Source: an uncultured Mycoplasmatota bacterium
GTDB taxonomy: Bacteria > Bacillota_I > Bacilli_A > RF39 > UBA660
DNA: 47,491 nucleotides
Assembly: GCA_947642475.1 (NCBI GenBank)
Contig: CANRSQ010000004.1
Span: 1-47,491 of the forward strand
Reading direction: 5' to 3'
Numbering within the stretch: the first letter of the stretch is position 1; every line of letters starts with the position of its first letter. Both the position numbers and the translations under genes were made by a program. Of this stretch, positions 10,289 through 19,611 are shown in pieces. Below the pieces are notes generated by a model, which had not been told where the DNA came from, did no database searches, and saw only the letters and a program-made list of their open reading frames with translations.

Positions 10289-11173
10289 ATGGATTACAAA
10301 CAAAAAATAGAAGATTTTAAAAACTACTTATTACTAGAAAAAAAATACAGTCAAAATACCATTAATTCATATAATAACGATTTGATCAAATTTGAAAAGC
10401 ATTTCAATAACAAAAAAACCTTAAAATCATTAACCAATAAAGACATAAGAGATTATATTCAAGAATTAAACAAAACAGAAAGTCCAAGAAGCGTCGCTAG
10501 AAATATAAGTACATTAAAAAGCTTCTATAAATTTTTACTTATCGAAAAATACGTAACCAAAAATCCATTAGATAATATAACCCAACCTAAACTAAAAAAA
10601 TCCCTGCCCAAAGTTCTAACCGAAACCGAAGTTGATAATCTCCTAAATATCAAACTAACCGATAATTATAGTTACCGTAATAAAGCAATGTTAGAACTCA
10701 TGTACAGTAGTGGTCTTCGAGTAACTGAATTAATAAACCTCGAAATGACCGATATCGACCTCGATATGGCCTTAGTAAGAATATTTGGTAAAGGAAGTAA
10801 AGAAAGAGTAATTCCGCTCGGACAATACGCTGTAAATGCCCTAAACGAATACATTACATGCCATAGACCAGGTATGCTTAAAAATAAAACCACAAATTAT
10901 CTTTTTTTAAGTAGTAGAGGCGATAAAATGACCAGACAAGCCTTATTTAAAATATTACAAAAATTAGCAAAACAACAAGGTATTAAAACCGAATTTTCAC
11001 CACACACCCTAAGACATTCATTCGCCACCCATCTTCTCAAACACGGAGCTGATTTAAGAAGTATCCAAGAATTACTAGGACATAGCAACGTCTCATCAAC
11101 ACAAATATATACCCACATAACTAACGAAAAACTAAAAGAAAATTATCAAGATTTTCACCCACATGGAAAGTAG
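10289..11173 (+). CDS. xerD: Tyrosine recombinase XerD
   Basis: SAM-like N-terminal domain; [40 protein letters not shown]; start likely ATG 10289. Confidence 0.88.
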   Translation: MDYKQKIEDFKNYLLLEKKYSQNTINSYNNDLIKFEKHFNNKKTLKSLTNKDIRDYIQELNKTESPRSVARNISTLKSFYKFLLIEKYVTKNPLDNITQPKLKKSLPKVLTETEVDNLLNIKLTDNYSYRNKAMLELMYSSGLRVTELINLEMTDIDLDMALVRIFGKGSKERVIPLGQYAVNALNEYITCHRPGMLKNKTTNYLFLSSRGDKMTRQALFKILQKLAKQQGIKTEFSPHTLRHSFATHLLKHGADLRSIQELLGHSNVSSTQIYTHITNEKLKENYQDFHPHGK

Positions 11174-11180
11174 GAATAAT

Positions 11181-11645
11181 ATGAATAAATATATGTTAGA
11201 AGCTATAAACGAAGCAAAAATAAATGAAGACAATAACTTTAAAGATGGTGGACCATTTGGAGCCGCTATCGTTAAAGACGGTAAAGTTATCGCCACTAGT
11301 CGTAATACCGTTATAGAAAGCAAAGATCCAACCGCCCACGCCGAAATAAACGTCATTAGAACTGCCGCACAAATACTAGAAACACACGATTTAAGTGGAT
11401 GTACACTATATACAACATGTTATCCATGCCCAATGTGCTTATCCGCCATTATTTGGGCCAATATAAAAGAAGTATATTACGGAAACACCAAAAAAGATGC
11501 TGAAAATATTGGTTTTAGAGATAATAAAATATATGAATTATTAAATAACTTAGATAATAATGATATAATAAAATTTACCCAAATAGATAGAGAAGAAACT
11601 ATAAAATCATTCGAAAAATTTAAAAACAATCAAAATTTATATTAA
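11181..11645 (+). CDS. guaD: Guanine deaminase-like protein (cytidine deaminase fold, B. subtilis GuaD type)
   Basis: GGPFGAAIV, DPTAHAE, PCPMCLSAIIWA, GFRDNKIYE. Confidence 0.8.
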   Translation: MNKYMLEAINEAKINEDNNFKDGGPFGAAIVKDGKVIATSRNTVIESKDPTAHAEINVIRTAAQILETHDLSGCTLYTTCYPCPMCLSAIIWANIKEVYYGNTKKDAENIGFRDNKIYELLNNLDNNDIIKFTQIDREETIKSFEKFKNNQNLY

Positions 11646-11654
11646 GGAAAACAA

Positions 11655-12347
11655 ATGACATACACAAAAGAAACATATCAAAACTTTATAAATGAACTAT
11701 ATAAAAATAAAGATGAAAAATATAAAGAATTTCATTCAAAATTATTAAAAAACGAAAATATCACAGTTATCGGCATAAGAACACCAGGCTTAAAAAAGCT
11801 AGCCAAAGAAATTAGTAAAAATGATTATCAAAGTTTTATCAAGCAAAATACCCATAAAACTTATGAAGAGTGCATATTACACGGTTTAATACTTGGATAT
11901 ATCAAAATAGACGAAAAAGAATTATTCAAATTAATTGATGACTTTATTCCATATATCGATAACTGGGCTACCAACGATCTTACAGTTTCTAATCTAAAAA
12001 TCTTTAAAACCATAAATATAAATAAACTAAACAAATACCTAAAATCAAATAACCCTTGGGAAATTAGATTCGGTATAACGCTTTTATTAAGTTACTATAT
12101 AAAAGAAGAAAACCTTGACAAAATATTTAATATATGCGATTCTATTACAAGCGATCACTACTATGTCAAAATGGCAAATAGCTGGCTTATATCAATGTGT
12201 TATATTAAATATCCAAAAGAAACCCATAAATATTTACAGAAAAACAATCTAGATAAATTTACTCATAATAAAGCCATAAGTAAAATATGTGATTCATACA
12301 AAGTTTCCAAAAAAGATAAAGACGAAGTAAGAAAACTAAGAATATAG
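11655..12347 (+). CDS. DNA alkylation repair protein (AlkD-like HEAT-repeat family)
   Basis: IGIRTP, IDNWATND, W..RFG, YYVKMANSW, HNKAISKICDS motifs. Confidence 0.85.
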   Translation: MTYTKETYQNFINELYKNKDEKYKEFHSKLLKNENITVIGIRTPGLKKLAKEISKNDYQSFIKQNTHKTYEECILHGLILGYIKIDEKELFKLIDDFIPYIDNWATNDLTVSNLKIFKTININKLNKYLKSNNPWEIRFGITLLLSYYIKEENLDKIFNICDSITSDHYYVKMANSWLISMCYIKYPKETHKYLQKNNLDKFTHNKAISKICDSYKVSKKDKDEVRKLRI

Positions 12348-12363
12348 AAAGTAGGGGAAGATC

Positions 12364-13203
12364 GTGAAAGAAGTCATCATTGAAACAATAGTTGATAGTC
12401 TAAAACTGCTACCGTTTTTATTTGTAGCCTTTTTAATCATAGAATTCTTTGAACATAAATTAACTCAAAAAAGTAAACAACAAATAGAAAAAGCTGGCAA
12501 ATTAGGACCACTAGTAGGTGCTTTAGCTGGAATATTCCCACAATGCGGTTTTTCAGTTATCGCCACAAACCTATATATAACTAGAATAATTAGCTTAGGA
12601 ACATTAATAGCCGTTTATCTATCAACAAGCGACGAAATGCTTCCAATATTAATCGCTGAAGGCGCAAACATAACCACAATCATAACCCTTCTTGGTATAA
12701 AACTAATAATCGGTATAATCTTTGGATTTATATTAGATTTAATTATAAAACCAAATAAAGAACAAATAACTTATCATATATGTGAAGAAGAACATTGCGA
12801 TTGTAAACACGGAATTATCAAATCCAGTTTAAAACATACAATAAAAACCTTTATTTTTATTCTAATAATAACTTTCATTTTAAATACATGTATGTATCTT
12901 TTAGGTGAAGACTTCCTTAAGAATCTATTTATCAATAATAATTGGTTCGCACCATTCGTCGCCAGTTTAATAGGTTTAATTCCAAACTGTGCTTCAAGCG
13001 TTGCCTTAACAGAACTATATATAAATGGTGTTCTACCACTCGCGCCAACAATATCAGGCTTACTTACTAATAGTGGAGTCGCGCTAATAATTCTATTTAA
13101 ATCCAATAAAAATATTAAAGAAAATTTAAAAATAGTTTCAATAGTATATATAATAGGAGTTTTTGTAGGATTATTAATTGAACTAATTAATTTACTAGTA
13201 TGA
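12364..13203 (+). CDS. Putative metal (Mn/arsenical) permease
   Basis: Two internal repeats PQCGFS and PNCASS, STSDEM motif, His/Cys loop HICEEEHCDCKH; multi-TM. Confidence 0.75.
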   Translation: MKEVIIETIVDSLKLLPFLFVAFLIIEFFEHKLTQKSKQQIEKAGKLGPLVGALAGIFPQCGFSVIATNLYITRIISLGTLIAVYLSTSDEMLPILIAEGANITTIITLLGIKLIIGIIFGFILDLIIKPNKEQITYHICEEEHCDCKHGIIKSSLKHTIKTFIFILIITFILNTCMYLLGEDFLKNLFINNNWFAPFVASLIGLIPNCASSVALTELYINGVLPLAPTISGLLTNSGVALIILFKSNKNIKENLKIVSIVYIIGVFVGLLIELINLLV

Positions 13204-13255
13204 GAAATCATACTTTTTTAATACCAAAAAGCATAAAATTTACTTAGGTGAGAAC

Positions 13256-14011
13256 ATGTCTAATATATTAGTCGCATTTATTTTAACCCTAATTGCCGGT
13301 CTTTCAACAATGTTAGGATCAATTCTAATATTTATAAAAGATAAAAGGGGAGTAGTACTAAAATATTCACTTAGTTTTGCAGCCGGTGTAATGATTTGTG
13401 TATCAGTAATAGATCTTATCCCAGAATCGCTAGAACTACTAATAAAAAATAATAAAACAAGCACCTTTATTCTAACATTTATTTTTATTTTAATAGGAAT
13501 GTTTCTATCATACATAATAGATAAACTAATTCCCGAAAACCAAAACAAAAAAGAAAATAACAAACTATTAAAAGTAGGTATATTTTCTATGATTGCCATT
13601 ATACTACATAATATTCCAGAAGGAATAGCCACATTTCTTTCATCGGCTACAAATATAAAACTAGGAATAGCCCTTACAATCGCCATAGCGCTCCATAACA
13701 TCCCAGAAGGCATTAGTATATCAATCCCTATCTTTAAAGCCACCAAAAGCCATAAAAAGGCCTTATTATATACATTTGTATCAGGTATGTCAGAACCATT
13801 CGGCGCCATACTAGCTTTTCTTTTTCTAGCACCTATTATTAATGATACAATTATGGGTATTTTATTAGCTATAATTGCTGGTATTATGATTCACATTGGG
13901 TGGGTCAAGCTATTACCAACCGCACTAAATTATAATAATAAAAAAAGAACATTTTTGTTCTTTATAATAGGTATATTATTTATGTATATTAGTCATCTAT
14001 TAATGAATTAA
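13256..14011 (+). CDS. zupT: ZIP-family zinc/metal transporter (ZupT-like)
   Basis: FAAGVM and two HNIPEG motifs, SEP; multi-TM. Confidence 0.88.
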   Translation: MSNILVAFILTLIAGLSTMLGSILIFIKDKRGVVLKYSLSFAAGVMICVSVIDLIPESLELLIKNNKTSTFILTFIFILIGMFLSYIIDKLIPENQNKKENNKLLKVGIFSMIAIILHNIPEGIATFLSSATNIKLGIALTIAIALHNIPEGISISIPIFKATKSHKKALLYTFVSGMSEPFGAILAFLFLAPIINDTIMGILLAIIAGIMIHIGWVKLLPTALNYNNKKRTFLFFIIGILFMYISHLLMN

Positions 14012-14436
14012 TCAGAAATCTTATAAATATAATAAATAGCAAATAAAGCAATAGCAATGCATAACAACATAAGTAATGGTTTAGCCGCACTACTAAATAA
14101 TAAAGCGGCAAAAGAAACAGCAAACGCACATATAGAAATTATAAAAGGAAATAATTGAAATCTATAATTTTTATTATCTTTAACCACTCTGTCTAGCCAT
14201 AAATAATCAGAGTAGGAGAGGGTTACATTATTAAAACGGACGTTTTTGTTAAGACCACCTAAAACTCGTTTAATAATAAATAAATTTTCTTCAGTATTTT
14301 CTCCCATAAATCCAGCAACTTCATTAACATTAATTTTTTCATTCTCGCTTTTCAAATAAAAATACATAAGCACAGCGCAACAATTAACATATTTAGCATT
14401 TTCTTCATTTGAAAAAGTATTTTCTTCTTCCATCAT
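14008..14436 (-). CDS. Hypothetical membrane protein (2 C-terminal TM helices)
   Basis: GGAGG RBS; two hydrophobic segments at the C-terminus. Confidence 0.7.
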   Translation of the reverse strand: MMEEENTFSNEENAKYVNCCAVLMYFYLKSENEKINVNEVAGFMGENTEENLFIIKRVLGGLNKNVRFNNVTLSYSDYLWLDRVVKDNKNYRFQLFPFIISICAFAVSFAALLFSSAAKPLLMLLCIAIALFAIYYIYKISD

Positions 14437-14494
14437 AAAACTAACCTCCCAACTTCCCTATAAATTCAAATAACACTCTCACCAAATTAAATAA

Positions 14495-14751
14495 AATAGG
14501 GGAGAGTCAACCATTAAAAACGCTAACTCCAGCAATTAAAATAATATCAAACAATAACAGAAATATTAATACATTTATCAATATTGTACCAATTGCAAAT
14601 CCAACACCAAATCTAACACCATCGCCAATGCTTAAACTAAATCCTTCAGCTTTATTTTTATTATTTGCACCATCATCTTTCATAAAACTAACCTCCTACT
14701 TTTATTCTATATATACTATAACACATTTTTTCAAAATTGACTCCCCCTATT
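14495..14751. repeat. Imperfect inverted repeats flanking the 58-aa gene
   Basis: AATAGGGGAGAGTCAA (14495-14510) versus TTGACTCCCCCTATT (14737-14751); a third related copy AAGAGGGGAGTTTA at 14767-14780. Confidence 0.55.
14507..14683 (-). CDS. Small membrane protein (58 aa), absent from the ORF track
   Basis: AGGAGG RBS and TGtTATAGT extended -10; MKDDGANNKNKAEGFSLSIGDGVRFGVGFAIGTILINVLIFLLLFDIILIAGVSVFNG, TGA stop. Confidence 0.75.
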   Translation of the reverse strand: MKDDGANNKNKAEGFSLSIGDGVRFGVGFAIGTILINVLIFLLLFDIILIAGVSVFNG

Positions 14752-15009
14752 CGCATATTTATTAAAAAGAGGGGAGTTTACTAAAATAAATAGACGCATT
14801 TTAAGCCAAAAAACTTTAATTAGATGGATAGTTATTCATCTCAATTAAAAATAGAAAAGCATAATTTCCCGGAAATAATTATAAATGAATAATAAAAATA
14901 AAATTTCCTAAAAAATAATCTAAAAATATTTTAAAATAAATTTAAATAATCAATATATAATTCTAAATGAAAGATAATTACTTTAACTATATTAGAGTAG
15001 TAGTAATAC

Positions 15010-15050
15010 AAAAAACAAAAACTACCTATATTATTTAATAGATAGTTTTA
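15010..15050 (-). terminator. Intrinsic terminator downstream of the HTH gene
   Basis: Minus strand AAAACTATCTAT-N8-ATAGGTAGTTTT followed by TGTTTTTTG. Confidence 0.6.
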
Positions 15051-15064
15051 TTTTTATATTAACA

Positions 15065-15092
15065 AGTTAACATAATATATATTATAGGATTT
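15065..15092 (-). other. dif site (XerCD chromosome dimer resolution)
   Basis: Minus strand AAATCCTATAA-TATATA-TTATGTTAACT: 11-6-11 layout close to the Bacillus/Staphylococcus dif (ACTTCCTA(G/T)AA-TATATA-TTATGTAAACT); located where gene orientation flips. Confidence 0.88.
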
Positions 15093-15875
15093 TTAATTAC
15101 CAACTTTTCTAGATTGAATTTCAACGATTTTAGCAAGTACTTCAGCTGCATTAGATTCATCAATACCAGTATATCCTAATTCCTTTAAAGCTTGTACTTT
15201 AGCAGAATTAATTTCTAATGTACGACTCATCTTATCTTCTAATTTTTGTTCAATTTGTTGTACAAAACGTTTATGAGTTGCAGCTATCTTAGATTTACTA
15301 GCACTACCACCATGGTATAATGTTATAGCTGAAAATAAGATACTTTCAAAAATAAATTGTTCATTTTCATCATATACAAATTCATAAGGTTTTGTAAATC
15401 CTGCTGCTTTAGACATATAAGCTAAAATATACTTAAGTTCTTTTGAGCTTTCCATAGTTTGTAAGAAATGATATAAATATAAAATAGAATTATAAGCATT
15501 TTCATCTTTATCATCGCTTAAACGTTCTTTAAGTTCATCTACGATACTATGTAATAGTTCCTTTTGCTTAGGTTCAAGTCCACTAAAAATTACATTTGTA
15601 TCTGTAACATCACTTTTATTAGTATTTTCAAATAAACTATTTACACGAGTTTCAACATCCATAATATAATCAGTATCAACTTTAATTTTATCAATTTCAT
15701 CAGCAGATTTAACTCCTAAAATATTTAATAAAATAACTTTTTTATCTTTTGGCCATTTATTAATATCATCTAATTCTAAATAATTATATATCATTTGTCT
15801 AGAAACACCTAGACACTTTGCTAATTTAACCTTTGAAATTCCTAGTTCTTTTAATATTTCGTTTAATCTTTCCAT
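15093..15875 (-). CDS. HTH-domain protein with a ~200-aa uncharacterised helical C-terminus
   Basis: LNEILKELGISKVKLAKCLGVSRQMIYNY XRE-like HTH; promoter TTGACA-16-TAAAAT and GGAGG RBS. Confidence 0.8.
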   Translation of the reverse strand: MERLNEILKELGISKVKLAKCLGVSRQMIYNYLELDDINKWPKDKKVILLNILGVKSADEIDKIKVDTDYIMDVETRVNSLFENTNKSDVTDTNVIFSGLEPKQKELLHSIVDELKERLSDDKDENAYNSILYLYHFLQTMESSKELKYILAYMSKAAGFTKPYEFVYDENEQFIFESILFSAITLYHGGSASKSKIAATHKRFVQQIEQKLEDKMSRTLEINSAKVQALKELGYTGIDESNAAEVLAKIVEIQSRKVGN

Positions 15876-16007
15876 ATCTCAGGCCTCCCTATTATTAATT
15901 TTATCATAACCAATAAAAATGTCAAGTAAAATGTAAAGAAAAAGTATACAATAAAAACATAAGTTATCTGTTTGAATTAATATTTTATAACATAAAAAAG
16001 AAGTTAA

Positions 16008-17024
16008 TTATCTAACTTCTTTAATAATTCCGCCACCTAGACATTCATCACCGTTATAAAATACACATGCTTGTCCAGGAGTAACCGCTTTAACACCTTC
16101 AGGATATTTAACAAGTAAATTACCATCTTCCATTTTAGAAACAAATACTTTATTATCAGCCTGACGATACCTAAATTTAGCCATACATTCACTAGGTAAC
16201 TCATCTAATAGATTAACATCTTCAACAATACATTCATAACTTAATAAATAATCATTTTCATCGCCCATAGCAACATATAAAATATTATTATCTAAATCTT
16301 TTTTACAGACAAATAACCTATTTTCAGTTCCACCAATATTTAAGCCTCTTCTTTGACCGATAGTATAATACATAAGCCCCTTGTGCTTGCCCAAAACCTC
16401 GCCAGTATTAATATCGACAATATCACCTGAGGAAGATTCTATATTATTCTTAACATATTCTTTAAATCCCCCCCTGCCAATAAAGCAAACATCAGTAGAT
16501 TCTTTCTTCTGAGCCACAGTCAAATTAAATTCCGACGCTAACTTCCTGACATCATCCTTAGTATAATTTGCAAGCGGAAATATGACTTTCCCTAATTGCT
16601 CCTTAGTTAAATTATATATAAAATAGCTTTGATCCTTATTTTTATCATCAGCTTTAAACAATTTACCATTTTTAATTAAAGCATAATGCCCTGTCGCAAT
16701 ATAATCAGCACCATATTTTAAAAGTTCGTCATACATCAAGCCAAACTTAATATATTTATTGCACAAAACACAAGGATTAGGTGTAATTCCTTTTTTATAA
16801 TCATTTAAAAATCTATCTTTAATTATCTCTTTAAACTTATCCCGCAAATCAAGTAAATGAAATTCAATTCCTAAATCATCACAAACTCTTTTTGCATCCC
16901 CATATTCAAAGTCATCATTAAGAAGCATAGTAAGGCCAATAACCTGATAACCTTCTTTTTTTAACAAGGCTGCCGTAACCGCACTATCCACTCCCCCACT
17001 CATTCCAACAACAACTTTTTTCAT
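16008..17024 (-). CDS. mnmA: tRNA-specific 2-thiouridylase
   Basis: SGGVDS, TPNPCVLCN, ATGHYA, KDQSYF, TIGQRRGL, AVTPGQ, CLGGG. Confidence 0.97.
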   Translation of the reverse strand: MKKVVVGMSGGVDSAVTAALLKKEGYQVIGLTMLLNDDFEYGDAKRVCDDLGIEFHLLDLRDKFKEIIKDRFLNDYKKGITPNPCVLCNKYIKFGLMYDELLKYGADYIATGHYALIKNGKLFKADDKNKDQSYFIYNLTKEQLGKVIFPLANYTKDDVRKLASEFNLTVAQKKESTDVCFIGRGGFKEYVKNNIESSSGDIVDINTGEVLGKHKGLMYYTIGQRRGLNIGGTENRLFVCKKDLDNNILYVAMGDENDYLLSYECIVEDVNLLDELPSECMAKFRYRQADNKVFVSKMEDGNLLVKYPEGVKAVTPGQACVFYNGDECLGGGIIKEVR

Positions 17025-17070
17025 GTAAATCACCTTATATAATTATACTAAAAAAACGATAGAAAATCTA

Positions 17071-17700
17071 TCATTTTATAAATCCCATAATTAAATTTAA
17101 TAATTTAGGAACAATATACACCTCATATAAGCTTGTTATAACAAGTAAAACTATAGATACACCTAGTACAACTAAATATCTATGCATTATATACTTTAAA
17201 TCCAGTGGTTTCTTCGAAGTAATACATTTTATCAGTTTAAACGAAATAATAAGCGCATAAGCTGTTAAAAGCATAAATACAAGAACATTTATAATATGAT
17301 GCGGAAAAGCATATACCAAAGCTAACAAAACACCTTTAAAGCCAAAACTAGCAATTATACTGCTAATAGAAAAGCCTAAAATAAAAGCTTTCATAAATAA
17401 CATAAATATAACAACAAAAAATCCAATAACAGAAACCCCAAGAAGCCACATTGCAAAAGCAAACCCAACAGTAAAAACTAATGTATTAACAATAGAAATA
17501 TCATAATTAAGTTTACCATCTTTAACATTATCAAAAAAACTATTCAAATAATCTAAAACCATCTTTTTATCATCAGTATCAATAATTATAGAAAATAAAG
17601 ATCCCGCCACAACCCCAACAATTACTATAACTAATAAAAAAACAAATAAATTTTTATTGATGTGAATATTTTTCTTTAACTTGTCCATATATTTTTTCAT
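17071..17700 (-). CDS. spoIIM: Stage II sporulation protein M
   Basis: ~210 aa multi-TM; WLLGVSVIG, KAFILGFS, FPHHII, YEVYIVP match the SpoIIM pattern. Confidence 0.8.
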   Translation of the reverse strand: MKKYMDKLKKNIHINKNLFVFLLVIVIVGVVAGSLFSIIIDTDDKKMVLDYLNSFFDNVKDGKLNYDISIVNTLVFTVGFAFAMWLLGVSVIGFFVVIFMLFMKAFILGFSISSIIASFGFKGVLLALVYAFPHHIINVLVFMLLTAYALIISFKLIKCITSKKPLDLKYIMHRYLVVLGVSIVLLVITSLYEVYIVPKLLNLIMGFIK

Positions 17701-17791
17701 AATCATTCTCCCTATCAAATTATATTGTTTTAAATAAAAAATATTCCAAAAATATCAAAAAAATAGTATAATTAAAACTGAGGTGTTTAAC

Positions 17792-17932
17792 ATGAGCAAA
17801 AATAAAGAAAAACAAAAGAAAAATAAAAAGCCAGTTAATTGGACTAAATTATTTACCAGAATAATAGTTTGGTTTATGCTTCTTATAATGGTAGCATTCT
17901 TTATAACAACTATTGTATGGGGATTAAATTAA
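17792..17932 (+). CDS. Small single-TM protein (46 aa, DUF4044/Prli42-like), absent from the ORF track
   Basis: TATAAT and GAGGTG RBS; MSKNKEKQKKNKKPVNWTKLFTRIIVWFMLLIMVAFFITTIVWGLN. Confidence 0.75.
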   Translation: MSKNKEKQKKNKKPVNWTKLFTRIIVWFMLLIMVAFFITTIVWGLN

Positions 17933-17961
17933 AAAAAGTTGATAAAAAATATCAACTTTTT
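17931..17961. terminator. Bidirectional terminator
   Basis: AAAAAGTTGATA-aaaaa-TATCAACTTTTT. Confidence 0.7.
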
Positions 17962-19600
17962 AATTACCATAATATTCAATAACAAATTCTACAATATTAA
18001 TATATTCAGGAATATTTTTAGCACAAAGAAGCAAGCAAATCGCAACTACCACAAAAATTTTAACTTTAGAATTTTTAATAATTTTGTCTATAAGCAAATA
18101 TAATAAAACAATAAATGCCCAAGAAAAATATAAAGAATATAAAATTAAACCATTCTCGGCAGTTCCCCATCCAGCTACACACAATAAAATAAATGAAAAT
18201 AAAATCCATAATCCAGAAATAATAGCCATTTTATTTTTTCTATTTAAAATCACACTTATTAAACATAAAAGCAAAATAAATATCCCAACAAAGCTATACC
18301 CCACAACTGGGTATAAACGATAAGAAGGAAAATTTCCATTCACATCAATTATAAAACTTGCAGGCGCCGCCATAAAAATACTTTTAACAAATGCTAAATA
18401 TTGCATAAGCCTATCAACAAACGATAATTTTTCACCAGAAAATGACATCAATTTTCCCATATTGTCGCCAATATTAAATACTTGTGATAATTGGCCAAAA
18501 ATAACCACTAATACAACAAAAGCAATAAAGCATTTAAATATGTTTTTTAACCAATATTTCCAGTTTTTAAAACGTGAAATAAAAGGAAATAACACGCCTG
18601 AAGTTAATAAAGTAGAAACCGCTCCTAAATATATATAATTAACATCTTTTTTATATTCATAAAATAAATAAATAGTTAAAATCAAATAAAATAAACCAAT
18701 TATATATTGTTCCATTACGAAACTAAATATAACTGTAGAAAAACTGCAGAAATAAAGTAAAATAAATAAAACAATATTTAACTTATCAAATTTCAATAAT
18801 TTACAAACCATAAGCATAGAAACATTTAGTAATAAAATCTGAATTGTTGTCAAAAAAACTGCATAACCATTTGGAACAAAAAAGAAAATTTCAGAACACA
18901 GTTTAGCCACCAAAGCAAAAGGTAATGCAAATAATCCAAAAAGTGGTTGCCTTAAATCATTTTCATCCATGTTTATATTAAAAAATGCATCACCCCTAAA
19001 TAAAGAGGAACTATCAGAAGTATACAAAATATCATAATAAACATAATCAGAAAAATAAAAACCTTGAGCAAAATAATAAAGTACCATAGTTGCAAAAAAA
19101 GTAATGCCTAAACTGATTTTCAAATATTTCTGTTCCCCATTCGATAAATTTAAATAAAATTTCTTAATAGCTGGCCAAGCTTTTAAAACCACTAAATATA
19201 CAAGAGTTATAATCGCAAAAACAGCTAAAACAACAATAATTCTACTAAACAAAACGCTATCGATTGGCAACCCCAAATCATTGTAATTTAATGTTAAGTC
19301 CCTCACAGTACCATAGATATGAATGTAATAATAATACCTAGCAATATATAATCCCAATAAACATGATATTAAAAAATAACCAAAATTTATTTTCGAAAAT
19401 AAATTTTTAAATACAAATTTTAAAAGTAATATTCCCACTATAAAAGTAGCAATTATAGATAAAACTATAAGCCACATGCCATTGTCATCAGAGTTATTAA
19501 CACCACGTAATAAAAGCAAAGTCATAAAAGGAAGCGAGCAAGCGAATAACACGCGCAAAACTAACTGACTTTTTTTCGAAAGTTTCTTTTCAACAAACAT
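17960..19600 (-). CDS. Polytopic membrane protein, probable GT-C glycosyltransferase
   Basis: More than 10 TM segments; acidic loop YDILYTSD...DENDLRQPLF; directly downstream of the UbiA gene. Confidence 0.55.
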   Translation of the reverse strand: MFVEKKLSKKSQLVLRVLFACSLPFMTLLLLRGVNNSDDNGMWLIVLSIIATFIVGILLLKFVFKNLFSKINFGYFLISCLLGLYIARYYYYIHIYGTVRDLTLNYNDLGLPIDSVLFSRIIVVLAVFAIITLVYLVVLKAWPAIKKFYLNLSNGEQKYLKISLGITFFATMVLYYFAQGFYFSDYVYYDILYTSDSSSLFRGDAFFNINMDENDLRQPLFGLFALPFALVAKLCSEIFFFVPNGYAVFLTTIQILLLNVSMLMVCKLLKFDKLNIVLFILLYFCSFSTVIFSFVMEQYIIGLFYLILTIYLFYEYKKDVNYIYLGAVSTLLTSGVLFPFISRFKNWKYWLKNIFKCFIAFVVLVVIFGQLSQVFNIGDNMGKLMSFSGEKLSFVDRLMQYLAFVKSIFMAAPASFIIDVNGNFPSYRLYPVVGYSFVGIFILLLCLISVILNRKNKMAIISGLWILFSFILLCVAGWGTAENGLILYSLYFSWAFIVLLYLLIDKIIKNSKVKIFVVVAICLLLCAKNIPEYINIVEFVIEYYGN

Positions 19601-19611
19601 AAGTCACCTAC

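Noticed and set aside
10289-11173. Phage or ICE integrase
   Set aside because: Size and motifs fit chromosomal XerD; no phage or conjugation genes nearby.
14495-14780. GGGGAG motifs as KOPS/SRS sites pointing to dif
   Set aside because: Two copies face dif and one faces away; too few to infer polarity without genome-wide counts.
17718-17750. SigE promoter for spoIIM
   Set aside because: GAATATT...AATATAAT is compatible, but cannot be told from AT-rich background or a sigmaA -10 box.
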